From positions 1-41,281 of the forward strand of contig CALDHV010000045.1 in the NCBI GenBank assembly GCA_937902305.1: a stretch of DNA of 41,281 bases, written 5' to 3'. Position numbers and translations under genes: made by a program. Positions 8,269 to 17,294 of the stretch are shown piece after piece; position 1 is the stretch's first letter; every line of letters begins with the position of its first letter. Source of the stretch: an uncultured Clostridia bacterium (GTDB lineage Bacteria; Bacillota; Clostridia; Oscillospirales; Acutalibacteraceae). The notes beneath the pieces were generated by a model, which worked only from the letters and a program-made list of their open reading frames with translations, did no database searches and was not told the origin of the DNA.

Positions 8269-8303
8269 CGTCTAGCGACTACCGTCTATCGTCTAGCGTC
8301 TAT
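8269..8303. repeat. Five tandem 7-mers (CGTCTAG/CGACTAC/CGTCTAT/CGTCTAG/CGTCTAT)
   Basis: Read directly from the sequence. The array abuts or overlaps the TGA stop (8303-8305) of the GT2 gene on the opposite strand. Confidence 0.6.
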
Positions 8304-9250
8304 CATCCTACCGGCGGCTTGTCCGGCACATCGCCGACCGTTTCCTCCACGATGAAACGGGGACGCTGCTTGATCTCCTCATAAATGCAGGCGATATAAT
8401 ACCCGATGATGCCGATGCTGATCATCAGCACACTGCCGGTGAACAACTGCACCATGATGACGGTGGTAAATCCGACCGCCGCCGCTCCGACGATTTTATT
8501 ATACAGCGTCGAAATGCCCAGCACCAGCGAGAATACCAGCATCACGACCCCCAGCACCGTCACGATCTGCATCGGCGCGGTGGAAAATGAGGTCAGATTG
8601 GACAGCGCGTATTTGATGAGCGATTTCGGCGACCACTTCGACTGCCCCGCCGCACGCTCCTGCACCTCAAACTCGACCTGCGTCGTGCGGAATCCGATCC
8701 ACGAGGACAGCGCGCGGAAAAACGCTTTTTTCTCCTGCATATTGAGCAGGACATTCATCGCCTTGCGGTCAAGGAGCTTGAAATCCGATGCCCGCATCAT
8801 ATCAATGCCGGTCGCGTGGCTGATAAGCCCGTAAAAGCACTTGGCGGACACCTTGTAGGCAAAGCTTTCCCTGCCGCGATCCGCCTTGACCGCCTCGACC
8901 ACCTCATACCCCTGCTCCCATAGACGGTACATTTCGACGATTTTCTCGGGCGGGTGTTGCAGATCGCAGTCCATAATGACACAGCAGGCACCCTGTGCGT
9001 GGTACAGCCCGGCGAACATCGCCGACTCCTTCCCGAAATTGCGGGAAAAGCACACGCCCTTGACCGTGGGGTCGGCTTCGGCGGCGGCGACGATCGCCTC
9101 CCAGGTATGATCCTTGGAGCCGTCGTTGATAAATACGATCTCATACGGTATTTCCGCCGCCGTCAGAATATCCCGCACGACCGCGGCGGTGTGAGCGATA
9201 TTTTCTTCCTCATTGTAGGCGGGGATCACCAAAGACAGCAACTTTTCCAT
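8303..9250 (-). CDS. Family-2 glycosyltransferase, polyprenyl-phosphate sugar transferase type (GtrB/CsbB/ArnC-like) with two C-terminal TM helices
   Basis: 315 aa. Contains LSLVIPAYNEEENI, FINDGSKDHT and DCDLQHPP (DxD region). The C-terminal hydrophobic pair matches GtrB-like architecture. Confidence 0.85.
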   Translation of the reverse strand: MEKLLSLVIPAYNEEENIAHTAAVVRDILTAAEIPYEIVFINDGSKDHTWEAIVAAAEADPTVKGVCFSRNFGKESAMFAGLYHAQGACCVIMDCDLQHPPEKIVEMYRLWEQGYEVVEAVKADRGRESFAYKVSAKCFYGLISHATGIDMMRASDFKLLDRKAMNVLLNMQEKKAFFRALSSWIGFRTTQVEFEVQERAAGQSKWSPKSLIKYALSNLTSFSTAPMQIVTVLGVVMLVFSLVLGISTLYNKIVGAAAVGFTTVIMVQLFTGSVLMISIGIIGYYIACIYEEIKQRPRFIVEETVGDVPDKPPVG

Positions 9251-9273
9251 TTCTATCCCGTCCTTTCTTTTTC

Positions 9274-9302
9274 AGTATATCAAACCCGCGCCGGGTTTGC
9301 AA
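9274..9302 (-). promoter_or_regulatory. Putative promoter of the GT2 gene
   Basis: The reverse strand reads TTGCAA (9302-9297), a 17-nt spacer containing the palindrome ACCCGGCGCGGGT, then TATACT (9279-9274), 24 nt upstream of the ATG at 9250. Confidence 0.5.
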
Positions 9303-9337
9303 GAGCGATTATCAAGAGAGCAGATGTTTCAAACCAA

Positions 9338-10045
9338 TCATTCCGGGACGTATAGTTCGAAATGACTATCCCGCAGGATGCGCACCAGCGTTTCATTGTC
9401 CGCGACGCGCTCCTCGGTCACGATGCCGTAGCGCGTTTCGGTCTCACCGACGTGGTCATCCGTCCCGGCACAGCACAGCAATCCGTTTTCCTCCGCGAAA
9501 GCCAGCGCGCGGCTGTTCTCCAGTTGGCTGTTATGGCGGTTGTCGGTCTCCACGCCGTCCAGATACTCCGGCGGCAGAGGATTCCACGGGTCGGGGATAT
9601 ACGCCCGCACGCGATACGGATGCGCCTGATACACCAGCCCGCCGGCATCGTGTACCAGCCCGCTCAAATACCGCAGATAACCGAGCCCGCCCTCCAGCTT
9701 CGCGTCGCGTAGCTCCGGATGGTCGTAGAAAAGCGCCGGCGTAATACCGTACAGCAGCACCTCCTTGCCGGGAAGAACGGTCTCCTCCATACCGAACAGC
9801 ACATCAAAGCCGCACCGTCTGCCCGCCTTGACCGCCTCGCAGTACGCCTCCTCATACGGGTAAACGAAATCCGCCCACGGCAGATTGCGGCGGATACCGG
9901 TATTGCCGTGGATGAAATGATTGGTCAGCACCATCCCCGCAAAGCCGCTCGCCCTGAGCGCATTCACCGCGCCGGCGGGGTCGATCTGACCGCAGTCGCT
10001 CGGGCCGGCGGTATGCTGGTGCATTTCATAAACAAACATAGTCAC
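9338..10045 (-). CDS. PHP-domain metal-dependent phosphoesterase
   Basis: 235 aa. The N-terminal motif MFVYEMHQHT (HxH) and downstream His/Asp-rich blocks (TNHF, QAHPYR, GTDDH) are typical of PHP family proteins. Confidence 0.7.
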   Translation of the reverse strand: MTMFVYEMHQHTAGPSDCGQIDPAGAVNALRASGFAGMVLTNHFIHGNTGIRRNLPWADFVYPYEEAYCEAVKAGRRCGFDVLFGMEETVLPGKEVLLYGITPALFYDHPELRDAKLEGGLGYLRYLSGLVHDAGGLVYQAHPYRVRAYIPDPWNPLPPEYLDGVETDNRHNSQLENSRALAFAEENGLLCCAGTDDHVGETETRYGIVTEERVADNETLVRILRDSHFELYVPE

Positions 10046-11409
10046 TGCTCCTTATTTTGTGTCGAACGGGTCAGATTTTTCATCCAATCGTACCGACGGA
10101 TCTTAAAAAATGCCGGGATGCACTTAAGTATCTGGTCGGCCTTGAGGCACATAAATACCACGACCGGCGGAAACCCGGTCAGCAATGCCGCCACCGACAG
10201 CGGAATAACGATGCCGAAAATGTGGATAGCGTCGTTTTTCATCACAAATGACACATCGCCGCCCGATTTGACCAGTCCGAACAGGCACGCGCACTGGTAG
10301 CAGGTGCCGATGCAGGTCACGACCAGCACCGAAATGAACTGCCGCGCATAGCCCGCCGCCTCCTCGCTGATCTGATACAGCGAAATGAACGGGTCGCGCA
10401 TCGTAAAGAAGGTGGCGCTGGTCAGCAGACCCAGCCCCAAAAACAAAAGCTGGACGGTGCGGGCATACTCCTTGATGCGGGAAATATCCCCCGAGCCGAC
10501 GGTCTTGCCGATGACGATGCCTACCGCCCCGGAAAAGCCGTTCATCGCGACATACATCAGGTTATTCACCGTATTGGCAAGGCTGTTGCCGGTGATGACC
10601 GCCTCATTGAAGCGTCCGAGAATGATGCTGTTGGCAAGGAGATTGCTCCCCCACACCAGCTGTCCCGCCACGATCGGCAGACCGTAGCGGATAAAATCCC
10701 GCAACAGCGTGCGATCGATCGGGCGCAGGTCGGACAGCCGAAACCGTAGCCTTCGATCCACTACGCCGACATAGACGACCATGATCAGCGTTTCGGTGAT
10801 GCGGGCGATCAGTGTGGCGATCGCCGCGCCGCGCACCCCCATGGCGGGGAAGCCGAGCTTGCCGAAGATCAGCACATAGTTGAGCGCCACATCCACCACG
10901 AGGGAGGAAAGCGACACCCACAGCCCGATCAGCGCGACCTCGACCGAGCGCATCGACACGATCAGTGCCTGCGTGACGCAGAAGAAGAAAAACGACCAGC
11001 AAACGACGACGAGGTATTCCATCCCCTGCTCGATGACCCCCGGCTCGGAGGTGAAAATACGCAACACGAACCGCGGAAATGCCGCGCAGACCACCGTGAA
11101 CAGCGTACCCAGCCCGATCGAAAACCGCAGACCGATCGACACGATCCGGCGCACGCTATCCACCTCGCGCTTGCCCCAATACTGCGCCGCCAAAAGCAGA
11201 ATACCGCCCTCGATGCCGACGCTGATGACCTGCAGGACCGTCTGTATCTGGTTGCCGAGATACACGCCGCTGACGGCGCTGTCCCCCAGCGAGCCGATCA
11301 TCAGGTTGTCCGCCAGTCCGACCCCGTAGGTGATGAGATTTTGCAATATCATCGGGATCGCCAGTGCGAACAGCGATTTATAAAACATTTTATCCCGGGT
11401 CACAATCAC
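10042..11409 (-). CDS. MATE family efflux transporter
   Basis: 455-aa 12-TM-like ORF. The N-terminus ...FYKSLFALAIPMILQNLITYGVGLADNLMIG... is MATE-typical. GTG start at 11409 has an SD (AAAGGGG) 9 nt upstream. An alternative ATG lies at 11388. Confidence 0.85.
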   Translation of the reverse strand: MIVTRDKMFYKSLFALAIPMILQNLITYGVGLADNLMIGSLGDSAVSGVYLGNQIQTVLQVISVGIEGGILLLAAQYWGKREVDSVRRIVSIGLRFSIGLGTLFTVVCAAFPRFVLRIFTSEPGVIEQGMEYLVVVCWSFFFFCVTQALIVSMRSVEVALIGLWVSLSSLVVDVALNYVLIFGKLGFPAMGVRGAAIATLIARITETLIMVVYVGVVDRRLRFRLSDLRPIDRTLLRDFIRYGLPIVAGQLVWGSNLLANSIILGRFNEAVITGNSLANTVNNLMYVAMNGFSGAVGIVIGKTVGSGDISRIKEYARTVQLLFLGLGLLTSATFFTMRDPFISLYQISEEAAGYARQFISVLVVTCIGTCYQCACLFGLVKSGGDVSFVMKNDAIHIFGIVIPLSVAALLTGFPPVVVFMCLKADQILKCIPAFFKIRRYDWMKNLTRSTQNKEQ

Positions 11410-11914
11410 CGCCGGCTTGCCCCTTTCCCGTCGATCGGCGCTGTATCTGCGCCGCCAAAAAGCCGTTGAGCCCTCCGGTCAGCAGACCGACCGGGAGCAA
11501 AATCGGCAAATACCACGCCACCTGCACCGTTTGGAGCGCCGCCATTGCCGCCAGGATCTGACCGACATTGTGAAAAACGCCGCCCGCCATACTGACACCG
11601 TAGACGCTCAACCGCCCGGTGCGGCGGCAAAGCACCATCGCGGCGAAGCTCATCAGCCCGCCGCAAAAGCTGTAGATCATCGTCACGGGACTGCCGAAGG
11701 TCAGCCCCGCCAGCAATATCCGCACGCAGGAGATCCCCAGCGCGTGCCCGGCACCCAGCCGGTACAGCGCCACAACCACCACCAGATTGGCAAGCCCCAG
11801 CTTGATGCCCGGGATGCCGATCGGCAACGGGAACAGCGCCTCCAGATAGCTCAATACAAACGCGAGTGCTACCATCAGCCCGTAGAGGGCGACCCTGCCT
11901 TTCCCTTTCGACAT
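11390..11914 (-). CDS. Gx transporter family membrane protein (Hpre_diP_synt_I / PF07456-like)
   Basis: 174-aa hydrophobic ORF with LSYLEALFPLPIGIPGIKLGLANLVVVVAL, as recalled for this family. It sits in the common ApbE-NusG_II-Gx arrangement. Confidence 0.7.
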   Translation of the reverse strand: MSKGKGRVALYGLMVALAFVLSYLEALFPLPIGIPGIKLGLANLVVVVALYRLGAGHALGISCVRILLAGLTFGSPVTMIYSFCGGLMSFAAMVLCRRTGRLSVYGVSMAGGVFHNVGQILAAMAALQTVQVAWYLPILLPVGLLTGGLNGFLAAQIQRRSTGKGQAGGDCDPG

Positions 11915-11918
11915 CGCG

Positions 11919-12302
11919 TCACACCTCCCCGTCCACCGCCGGCTGACCGCCGACGACCGTCACCATGACCCGGTGCGGCAGACAGATGATGCTCTGCCCG
12001 GCGCGGGAAATCGCGTGCTGATGCACGCACAGCCGGTCGGGACAGTCCGCATCGGTGACGGTGGCTTGTCCGCCGCGGATGACCAGCGTGTTCACGCCGC
12101 CGTCCGCCCCGTGAATGGTATAGGTGCGCTCCTCGGCAAGCGGAAACCGCGCGACCACCGCGCCGTCCACCATCACCTGCACCGTCGTCCCGGCGCGGAA
12201 TACGGCAAACAGCATCGGTATCAGCACCAGCGCGACCGCGATAACGATCGCCGCCAGCACGGTATCTCCCCGTCGCCAGCGATACTCCGATTTGCGCGTC
12301 AT
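11919..12302 (-). CDS. NusG domain II-containing membrane-anchored protein (DUF1312-like)
   Basis: 127 aa with an N-terminal TM helix. The motif CPDRLCVHQHAISRAGQSIICLPHRV is typical of NusG_II proteins. Its ATG overlaps the apbE stop (ATGA). Confidence 0.7.
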   Translation of the reverse strand: MTRKSEYRWRRGDTVLAAIVIAVALVLIPMLFAVFRAGTTVQVMVDGAVVARFPLAEERTYTIHGADGGVNTLVIRGGQATVTDADCPDRLCVHQHAISRAGQSIICLPHRVMVTVVGGQPAVDGEV

Positions 12303-13339
12303 AGCCCCGTTCCTTTCCCGTCAAAGCCCGGCGAATACCGCACAGTGCCGTCCGTAGTGACATACACCGCCGCGCCGTCAAAGTGCGCGAGTAGGGACAG
12401 CCCCTCCTCCACCGGCATCGAAAACAGCGCCGTGGACAGCACATCCGCCAGCGCGCTGTCGGCGCAGACAATGCTGACCGAGCGCATATACCGCGCGGGA
12501 TACAGTGTATCCTTATCAATGATATGTCCGTAGCGCACTCCGTCCACGGTGAAAAACCGCTGATAGTCGCCACTGGTCACAGCGGCGGCATCGCACAGCG
12601 ATACGGTATCCACATAGGTCTTTGCCGACGAGGTGTCGGGATTTTGTATGCCGACCGTAAACGGCTTATCGCCCGGTTTTTTCCCGATCGCGCGGATATT
12701 GCCGCCGATATTGAGCAGGGCGCTCGTCCAGCCGAGCGTATCGCGGGCGTATTCCGCCGCCCGCTCGGTCACATACCCCTTGGCGATCGCGCCGACATCC
12801 AGCCGCGCCAGCGGATCGGTGATCTGCACCGTCCCCGCCGCGCGGTCGATGATGAGACTGTCGATCGCCGTATGCGCCGCCGCCGCGTGCAGTGCCGCGT
12901 CATCCGGCAGGGTCGCGGCATCGGGATTTTCGGTCGCCGCCTCCCGGCACTCGTGCCACAGCACCAGCACCGACCCGAGCATGATATTCACCCGCCCGTC
13001 GGTCTGCCGGTAGGCATCCAGCCCGTAGGTCAGCAGGTCGATCAGCCGCGCGTCCACCGTGACCGGCTGTCCGGCGGCATCGTTGACCGCTTTGAGGTTC
13101 ACCAGCCCGTCATAGTCGTGGTAAATATCGCAGAGCTGATGATATTCGGTCAAAAACCGATGCAGCTCCTTTTCCTCGGCGGCAAACTGCGCGTCTGTCC
13201 TGCCATAGACCGTGATGGAGGAGGCGGTATCGAACAGCTCCCAGTAGTCCGCCGTATGCTTTTCCTGCGGCGCGGCGCAGCCGAACAAGCCCCCTGCCAT
13301 CAGCAGGCAGAGCGCGATACAGACGATCCGCTTGTTCAT
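12299..13339 (-). CDS. apbE: FAD:protein FMN transferase (flavin transferase) lipoprotein
   Basis: 346 aa with a lipobox (LMAGGLFGC). ApbE-like blocks include GAIAKGY and VTSGDYQRFF. SD GGAGGTG upstream. Confidence 0.85.
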   Translation of the reverse strand: MNKRIVCIALCLLMAGGLFGCAAPQEKHTADYWELFDTASSITVYGRTDAQFAAEEKELHRFLTEYHQLCDIYHDYDGLVNLKAVNDAAGQPVTVDARLIDLLTYGLDAYRQTDGRVNIMLGSVLVLWHECREAATENPDAATLPDDAALHAAAAHTAIDSLIIDRAAGTVQITDPLARLDVGAIAKGYVTERAAEYARDTLGWTSALLNIGGNIRAIGKKPGDKPFTVGIQNPDTSSAKTYVDTVSLCDAAAVTSGDYQRFFTVDGVRYGHIIDKDTLYPARYMRSVSIVCADSALADVLSTALFSMPVEEGLSLLAHFDGAAVYVTTDGTVRYSPGFDGKGTGL

Positions 13340-13378
13340 TCACCGCACCTCCACAGAGCCGGACGGGCTACACGGGCA

Positions 13379-13415
13379 AACGCCGGGCGCACCGATACGG
13401 TGTGCGCCCGGCGTT
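13379..13415. other. Strong GC hairpin between rnfB and apbE (no clear T-run)
   Basis: AACGCCGGGCGCAC-cgatacg-GTGCGCCCGGCGTT, a 14-bp perfect stem lying between the rnfB stop (13425) and the apbE start (13339). Confidence 0.5.
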
Positions 13416-13424
13416 GCTCTCTTA

Positions 13425-14219
13425 TTACAGTAATTCGATCACCTTGACCGGGCACTTGGACGCGCAGACACCGCATCCGGTGCAAAGCGTCTGATCCACC
13501 CGGGCAACATTGTTTTCGACCTTGATCGCCTCGCTCGGGCAGTTCTTTTGGCAGATACCGCACCCGATACAGCCCGCCGCGCACGCCGCCTTCACCGCTT
13601 TGCCGGCGGCATTGGAGGAACAGCGCACCGCGACCTTTGCGCTCTCCGGGCGCATCGCGATGAGGTGTTGCGGGCAAGCCTTGACACACTGACCGCATCC
13701 CTTACACAGCGCCGGATCGACCTGCGCGATGCCGTCCGCTATGCGGATCGCGTTTTCGGAGCAGACCGAGGCGCAGGTGCCGAAGCCGTAGCATCCGAAC
13801 GAGCACGCCTTGCCCGCGTGACCGGGCGCGACTGCCGCCTGGCGGCAATCGTTGGCACCGAAATAGTGATAATCAAGCTTTGCCTTGTCGCAGGTGCCGG
13901 CGCATTGCACATACGCCACCTGCCGCTCCGTCTCGGTCGCCTCGACACCCATTACGGCGGCGATGGCTTTGGCGGCATCATTGCCGCCGACCGGGCAGGC
14001 GTTGACCGGGGCCTCGCCCACGGCGATGGCTTTGGCAAGCGCGTCGCATCCGGCAAAGCCGCATCCGCCGCAGTTATTGCCGGGGAGCGCCCCGCGCACC
14101 GCGACCTCGCGCTCATCCGTTTGCACGGCAAAGATCTTGCCGATCACGCCGAGCAGAATACCGATCAGAATACTCAAACCGCCGATGATCGCAGCGGCGA
14201 TCAATATACCTTCTAACAT
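13425..14219 (-). CDS. rnfB: Rnf complex subunit B (polyferredoxin)
   Basis: N-terminal TM helix, the CGGCGFAGC motif, and several CxxCxxCxxxCP 4Fe-4S motifs. Start placed at the ATG at 14219 (MLEGIL...), 8 nt after SD AAGGAGG. The ORF-track GTG at 14228 sits inside the SD. Confidence 0.9.
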   Translation of the reverse strand: MLEGILIAAAIIGGLSILIGILLGVIGKIFAVQTDEREVAVRGALPGNNCGGCGFAGCDALAKAIAVGEAPVNACPVGGNDAAKAIAAVMGVEATETERQVAYVQCAGTCDKAKLDYHYFGANDCRQAAVAPGHAGKACSFGCYGFGTCASVCSENAIRIADGIAQVDPALCKGCGQCVKACPQHLIAMRPESAKVAVRCSSNAAGKAVKAACAAGCIGCGICQKNCPSEAIKVENNVARVDQTLCTGCGVCASKCPVKVIELL

Positions 14220-14309
14220 ATCGCGCACCTCCTTAGCCTAACAGGAATAATCCAAGCCCGGTTTGAGCTGGCGGATTTTCCGTTATGCTTTGTTAAAATA
14301 CTCGTGAAA

Positions 14310-14894
14310 TTAACCGAAATTCAGCCCGGAGAAACCGGAGAAGGCAATCGCCATCAACCCCGATGTCAGCAGGACGATCGGCATACCCCGGAAGGGCTTC
14401 GGCACGTCATTGTGCACCATTTTCTCCCGCAGACCCGCCATAATGATGATGGCGATGGCAAAGCCGAGCGCCGTGCCGAAGCCGGTGACAACGCTCATCA
14501 GCAGATCGTTGCCCTCCTCGACATTGGTAAGCGCCACGCCGAGCACGGCGCAGTTGGTGGTGATCAGCGGCAGATACACGCCGAGCGCGTTATACAGCGA
14601 CGGGGAGATCTTCTTGAGCACCATTTCCACCAGCTGGACCAGCGCCGCGATCACGAGAATGAACACGATGGTGTTCATATAGGTCAGGTTGAGTGCGACC
14701 AGCACATACTGATAGATCACGCTGGTCAACGCGGAGGACAGCGTGATGACGAAAATGACCGCGGCACCCATACCTGCCGCTGTTTTGACGCTTTTCGACA
14801 CGCCGAGGAACGGGCAAAGCCCGAGGAACTGGCTGAGGACCACGTTATTGATCAGCGCGGTCGTAAGCAAGGTCAGCAATAACACTCCGATCAT
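14310..14894 (-). CDS. rnfA: Rnf complex subunit A
   Basis: 194-aa membrane protein. LINNVVLSQFLGLCPFLGVS is RnfA/NqrE-like. ATGA overlap with the rnfE stop. Confidence 0.9.
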   Translation of the reverse strand: MIGVLLLTLLTTALINNVVLSQFLGLCPFLGVSKSVKTAAGMGAAVIFVITLSSALTSVIYQYVLVALNLTYMNTIVFILVIAALVQLVEMVLKKISPSLYNALGVYLPLITTNCAVLGVALTNVEEGNDLLMSVVTGFGTALGFAIAIIIMAGLREKMVHNDVPKPFRGMPIVLLTSGLMAIAFSGFSGLNFG

Positions 14895-15706
14895 CGGTCA
14901 GCCCCTCCTTCCGTTGCGGCAACGGCTTCCTTGGCTTTTGCCGCCGCCTCCTTTGCCGCCTGCGCCTTTCTGGCTTTTTCCTCTGCCAGCAGGCGCTCCT
15001 TTTCGGCGGTCTGCTCATCGACGCGGGAGTGGTTCAGCGCCGCGGCGCATCCGGCACAGCCGGCGCAGTTGCCGCCGCACGCAAGCTCACTATCCGCCGC
15101 CGCGCCGGGATTTTTCTTCATTCTCAGCTTCGCCATCAGCGCATTGATGAACGCCAGCACAAAGAACGCGCCCGGTGCCATCACGATGATGCCGATCGGT
15201 ACATACGCGCTCGGCATAATCTTGACATCAAACACCGTGCCGTTGCCGAGCAGCTCCCGCACCGCACCGATGACCGTCAGCGAGCAGGTGAAGCCAAGCC
15301 CCATACCGATCCCGTCGAATACCGACAGGAACGCGTTATTTTTCGACGCATACGCCTCGGCGCGGCCGAGTATGATGCAGTTGACGACGATCAGCGGGAT
15401 GAAGATACCGAGCGACTCATACAAGCTCGGCACATACGCCTGAATGACCATCTGTATGATGGTGACGAACGACGCGATGACGACGATATACGCCGGCATA
15501 CGCACGCTGTCGGGGATGATCTTGCGCAGAAGCGAAATCATCAGATTGGACAGCACCAGCACCGCCGCGGTGGATAAGCCCATGCCGAGCCCGTTGCTTG
15601 CCTTGGTCGTGACCGCCAGAGTTGCGCACATTCCGAGCATCAACACAAAGGTGGGATTTTCCTTGATGACGCCGTTGAAAATGCGCTCAAATGCTTTCTT
15701 CAACAT
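14891..15706 (-). CDS. rnfE: Rnf complex subunit E with an unusual ~75-aa Cys-rich / Lys-Ala-rich C-terminal extension
   Basis: ENPTFVLMLGMCATLAVTT is RnfE/NqrD-like. Start placed at the ATG at 15706, 8 nt after SD GGAGGG. The tail reads ...ELACGGNCAGCAGCAAAL...AEEKARKAQAAKEAAAKAKEA... Confidence 0.88.
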   Translation of the reverse strand: MLKKAFERIFNGVIKENPTFVLMLGMCATLAVTTKASNGLGMGLSTAAVLVLSNLMISLLRKIIPDSVRMPAYIVVIASFVTIIQMVIQAYVPSLYESLGIFIPLIVVNCIILGRAEAYASKNNAFLSVFDGIGMGLGFTCSLTVIGAVRELLGNGTVFDVKIMPSAYVPIGIIVMAPGAFFVLAFINALMAKLRMKKNPGAAADSELACGGNCAGCAGCAAALNHSRVDEQTAEKERLLAEEKARKAQAAKEAAAKAKEAVAATEGGADR

Positions 15707-16278
15707 CACGCGATCCCTCCCAACTCTTTGACAAAATCAATCGCCGCCTGCGTTTCCGCTTTCAGCGCCTTGGTCGTATAGGTCGCGCCGCTGATGCCGT
15801 CCAGCTCATCGGCGGAGGTTTTTCCGGGGAATTGCGCCGCAATATCGGCATCCTTGCACCGGGCACCGAAGCCGGCGGTCTCGCCACTGCAATCCAGCAC
15901 CGCATAGCCCGTGATCGTGCCGGCGGTGTCGATTCCGAGCGCGATCTTGACCTGTCCGCCGTAGCCCTTGGCGGACACGGTCAGCACATACCCGAGCGCC
16001 TCGCCCGCGGCATTCTTTGCCGTCAGCGCCTCCGCCACGGTGGGCGCGGGCTTGCCGGCGGCTTTTGCCTCGTTGAAGGCGGTGATCTTTTCGTCAATAC
16101 CGTCGATCGCATCAAAAGCAGTCGCCTCGGTCATCACCGATTTGTACGCCGCCTCCTTTGCCGCCGCCTGCGCCGCGGCGATCGGGTCTTTCGTCAACTG
16201 ATATACATACGAAAGCGCCACGCCCGCGACCAAGGTGATCGCCAACAGGATCAAGGTGTTTTTGATGATCTTTTTCAT
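15706..16278 (-). CDS. rnfG: Rnf complex subunit G (FMN-binding)
   Basis: 190 aa with an N-terminal TM helix. The FMN_bind-like C-terminus includes ...DGISGATYTTKAL (flavinylation-type S-G-A-T motif). Confidence 0.88.
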   Translation of the reverse strand: MKKIIKNTLILLAITLVAGVALSYVYQLTKDPIAAAQAAAKEAAYKSVMTEATAFDAIDGIDEKITAFNEAKAAGKPAPTVAEALTAKNAAGEALGYVLTVSAKGYGGQVKIALGIDTAGTITGYAVLDCSGETAGFGARCKDADIAAQFPGKTSADELDGISGATYTTKALKAETQAAIDFVKELGGIA

Positions 16279-17294
16279 GCCGCGGCACCTCCCTTTTTGG
16301 ATTTGCCGAAGGCACGGGGCATCGTGATGCGCTCGATCAGCGGCACCAGCGTATTGCCGATGATGATGGCGTAGGACACGCCCTCCGCTGAGCTACCGAA
16401 TACGCGGAACATCCCCGTCAGGAAGCCGAGCAGGATGCCGTAAACGATCTGCCCGACCGGGGTGATCGGACTGGTGACATAATCGGTCGCCATAAAGACC
16501 GCACCCGCCAGCAAGCCGCCGGTCAGGAGATGCCCGGCAACATCATAGAGCGGCATAACGCCGTTGCCCGCAAACAGATTGAACAGGAACACAAACACCG
16601 CCGTGCTGACCAGATAGGTGCCGGGGATCCGCCAGGAGATGACCCCGCGCGCGAGCATATAGATCGCGCCGAGCAGGATCGCCATCGAGCAGGTCTCACC
16701 GATACAGCCGGAGTGCATACCGAAAAGTGCTTGGAGCAGATCAATCTCCTCACCCGCGCGCAATGCCGCCAGCGGGGTCGCCGTCGTGCCGGCATCCACC
16801 GTCCAGGTGGTCATCCGCTGACCAAAGCCCGCCAGCGCATCCGTGCCGAAGAGCGTGTCGGCATTGACCGCCGGCATCCCGGCGCCGACCATCTTCGGGA
16901 ACGAAATGAGCAGGAAGCAACGCGCCGCCAGCGCAGGGTTCATGATATTCTGCCCCAGCCCGCCGAACAACTGCTTGACCACCAAAATGGCAAACACACC
17001 GCCGAGCAACGGCACCCACCACGTCACCGACGCCGGCAGGTTCATCGCCAGGATCAGCCCCGTCACCAGCGCCGAGCCGTCGGACACCGTGACCGGCTTT
17101 TTCATCAATTTTTGATAGATGTACTCGGTCAGCATACATGTGGCAACGCTGACCGCAATGACCACCAACGCCCGCAGACCGAAAACGAACACGCCGAACA
17201 GCATCGCGGGGGTCAGCGCGATAGCGACATCCCGCATCACCGATGCGGTGGTCGCGCGACTGCGGATATGGGGAGAAACCGATGCGTTTTTCAT
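16275..17294 (-). CDS. rnfD: Rnf complex subunit D
   Basis: 339-aa polytopic protein. SPHIRS... at the N-terminus and GAVFMATDYVTSP are RnfD/NqrB-like. Overlaps its neighbours by 4 nt. Confidence 0.9.
   Translation of the reverse strand: MKNASVSPHIRSRATTASVMRDVAIALTPAMLFGVFVFGLRALVVIAVSVATCMLTEYIYQKLMKKPVTVSDGSALVTGLILAMNLPASVTWWVPLLGGVFAILVVKQLFGGLGQNIMNPALAARCFLLISFPKMVGAGMPAVNADTLFGTDALAGFGQRMTTWTVDAGTTATPLAALRAGEEIDLLQALFGMHSGCIGETCSMAILLGAIYMLARGVISWRIPGTYLVSTAVFVFLFNLFAGNGVMPLYDVAGHLLTGGLLAGAVFMATDYVTSPITPVGQIVYGILLGFLTGMFRVFGSSAEGVSYAIIIGNTLVPLIERITMPRAFGKSKKGGAAA

Noticed and set aside
8269-8303. CRISPR array or other spaced repeat
   Set aside because: These are contiguous 7-mers without spacers. 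No repeat-spacer periodicity of 25-40 bp occurs anywhere in the window, and there are no cas genes.
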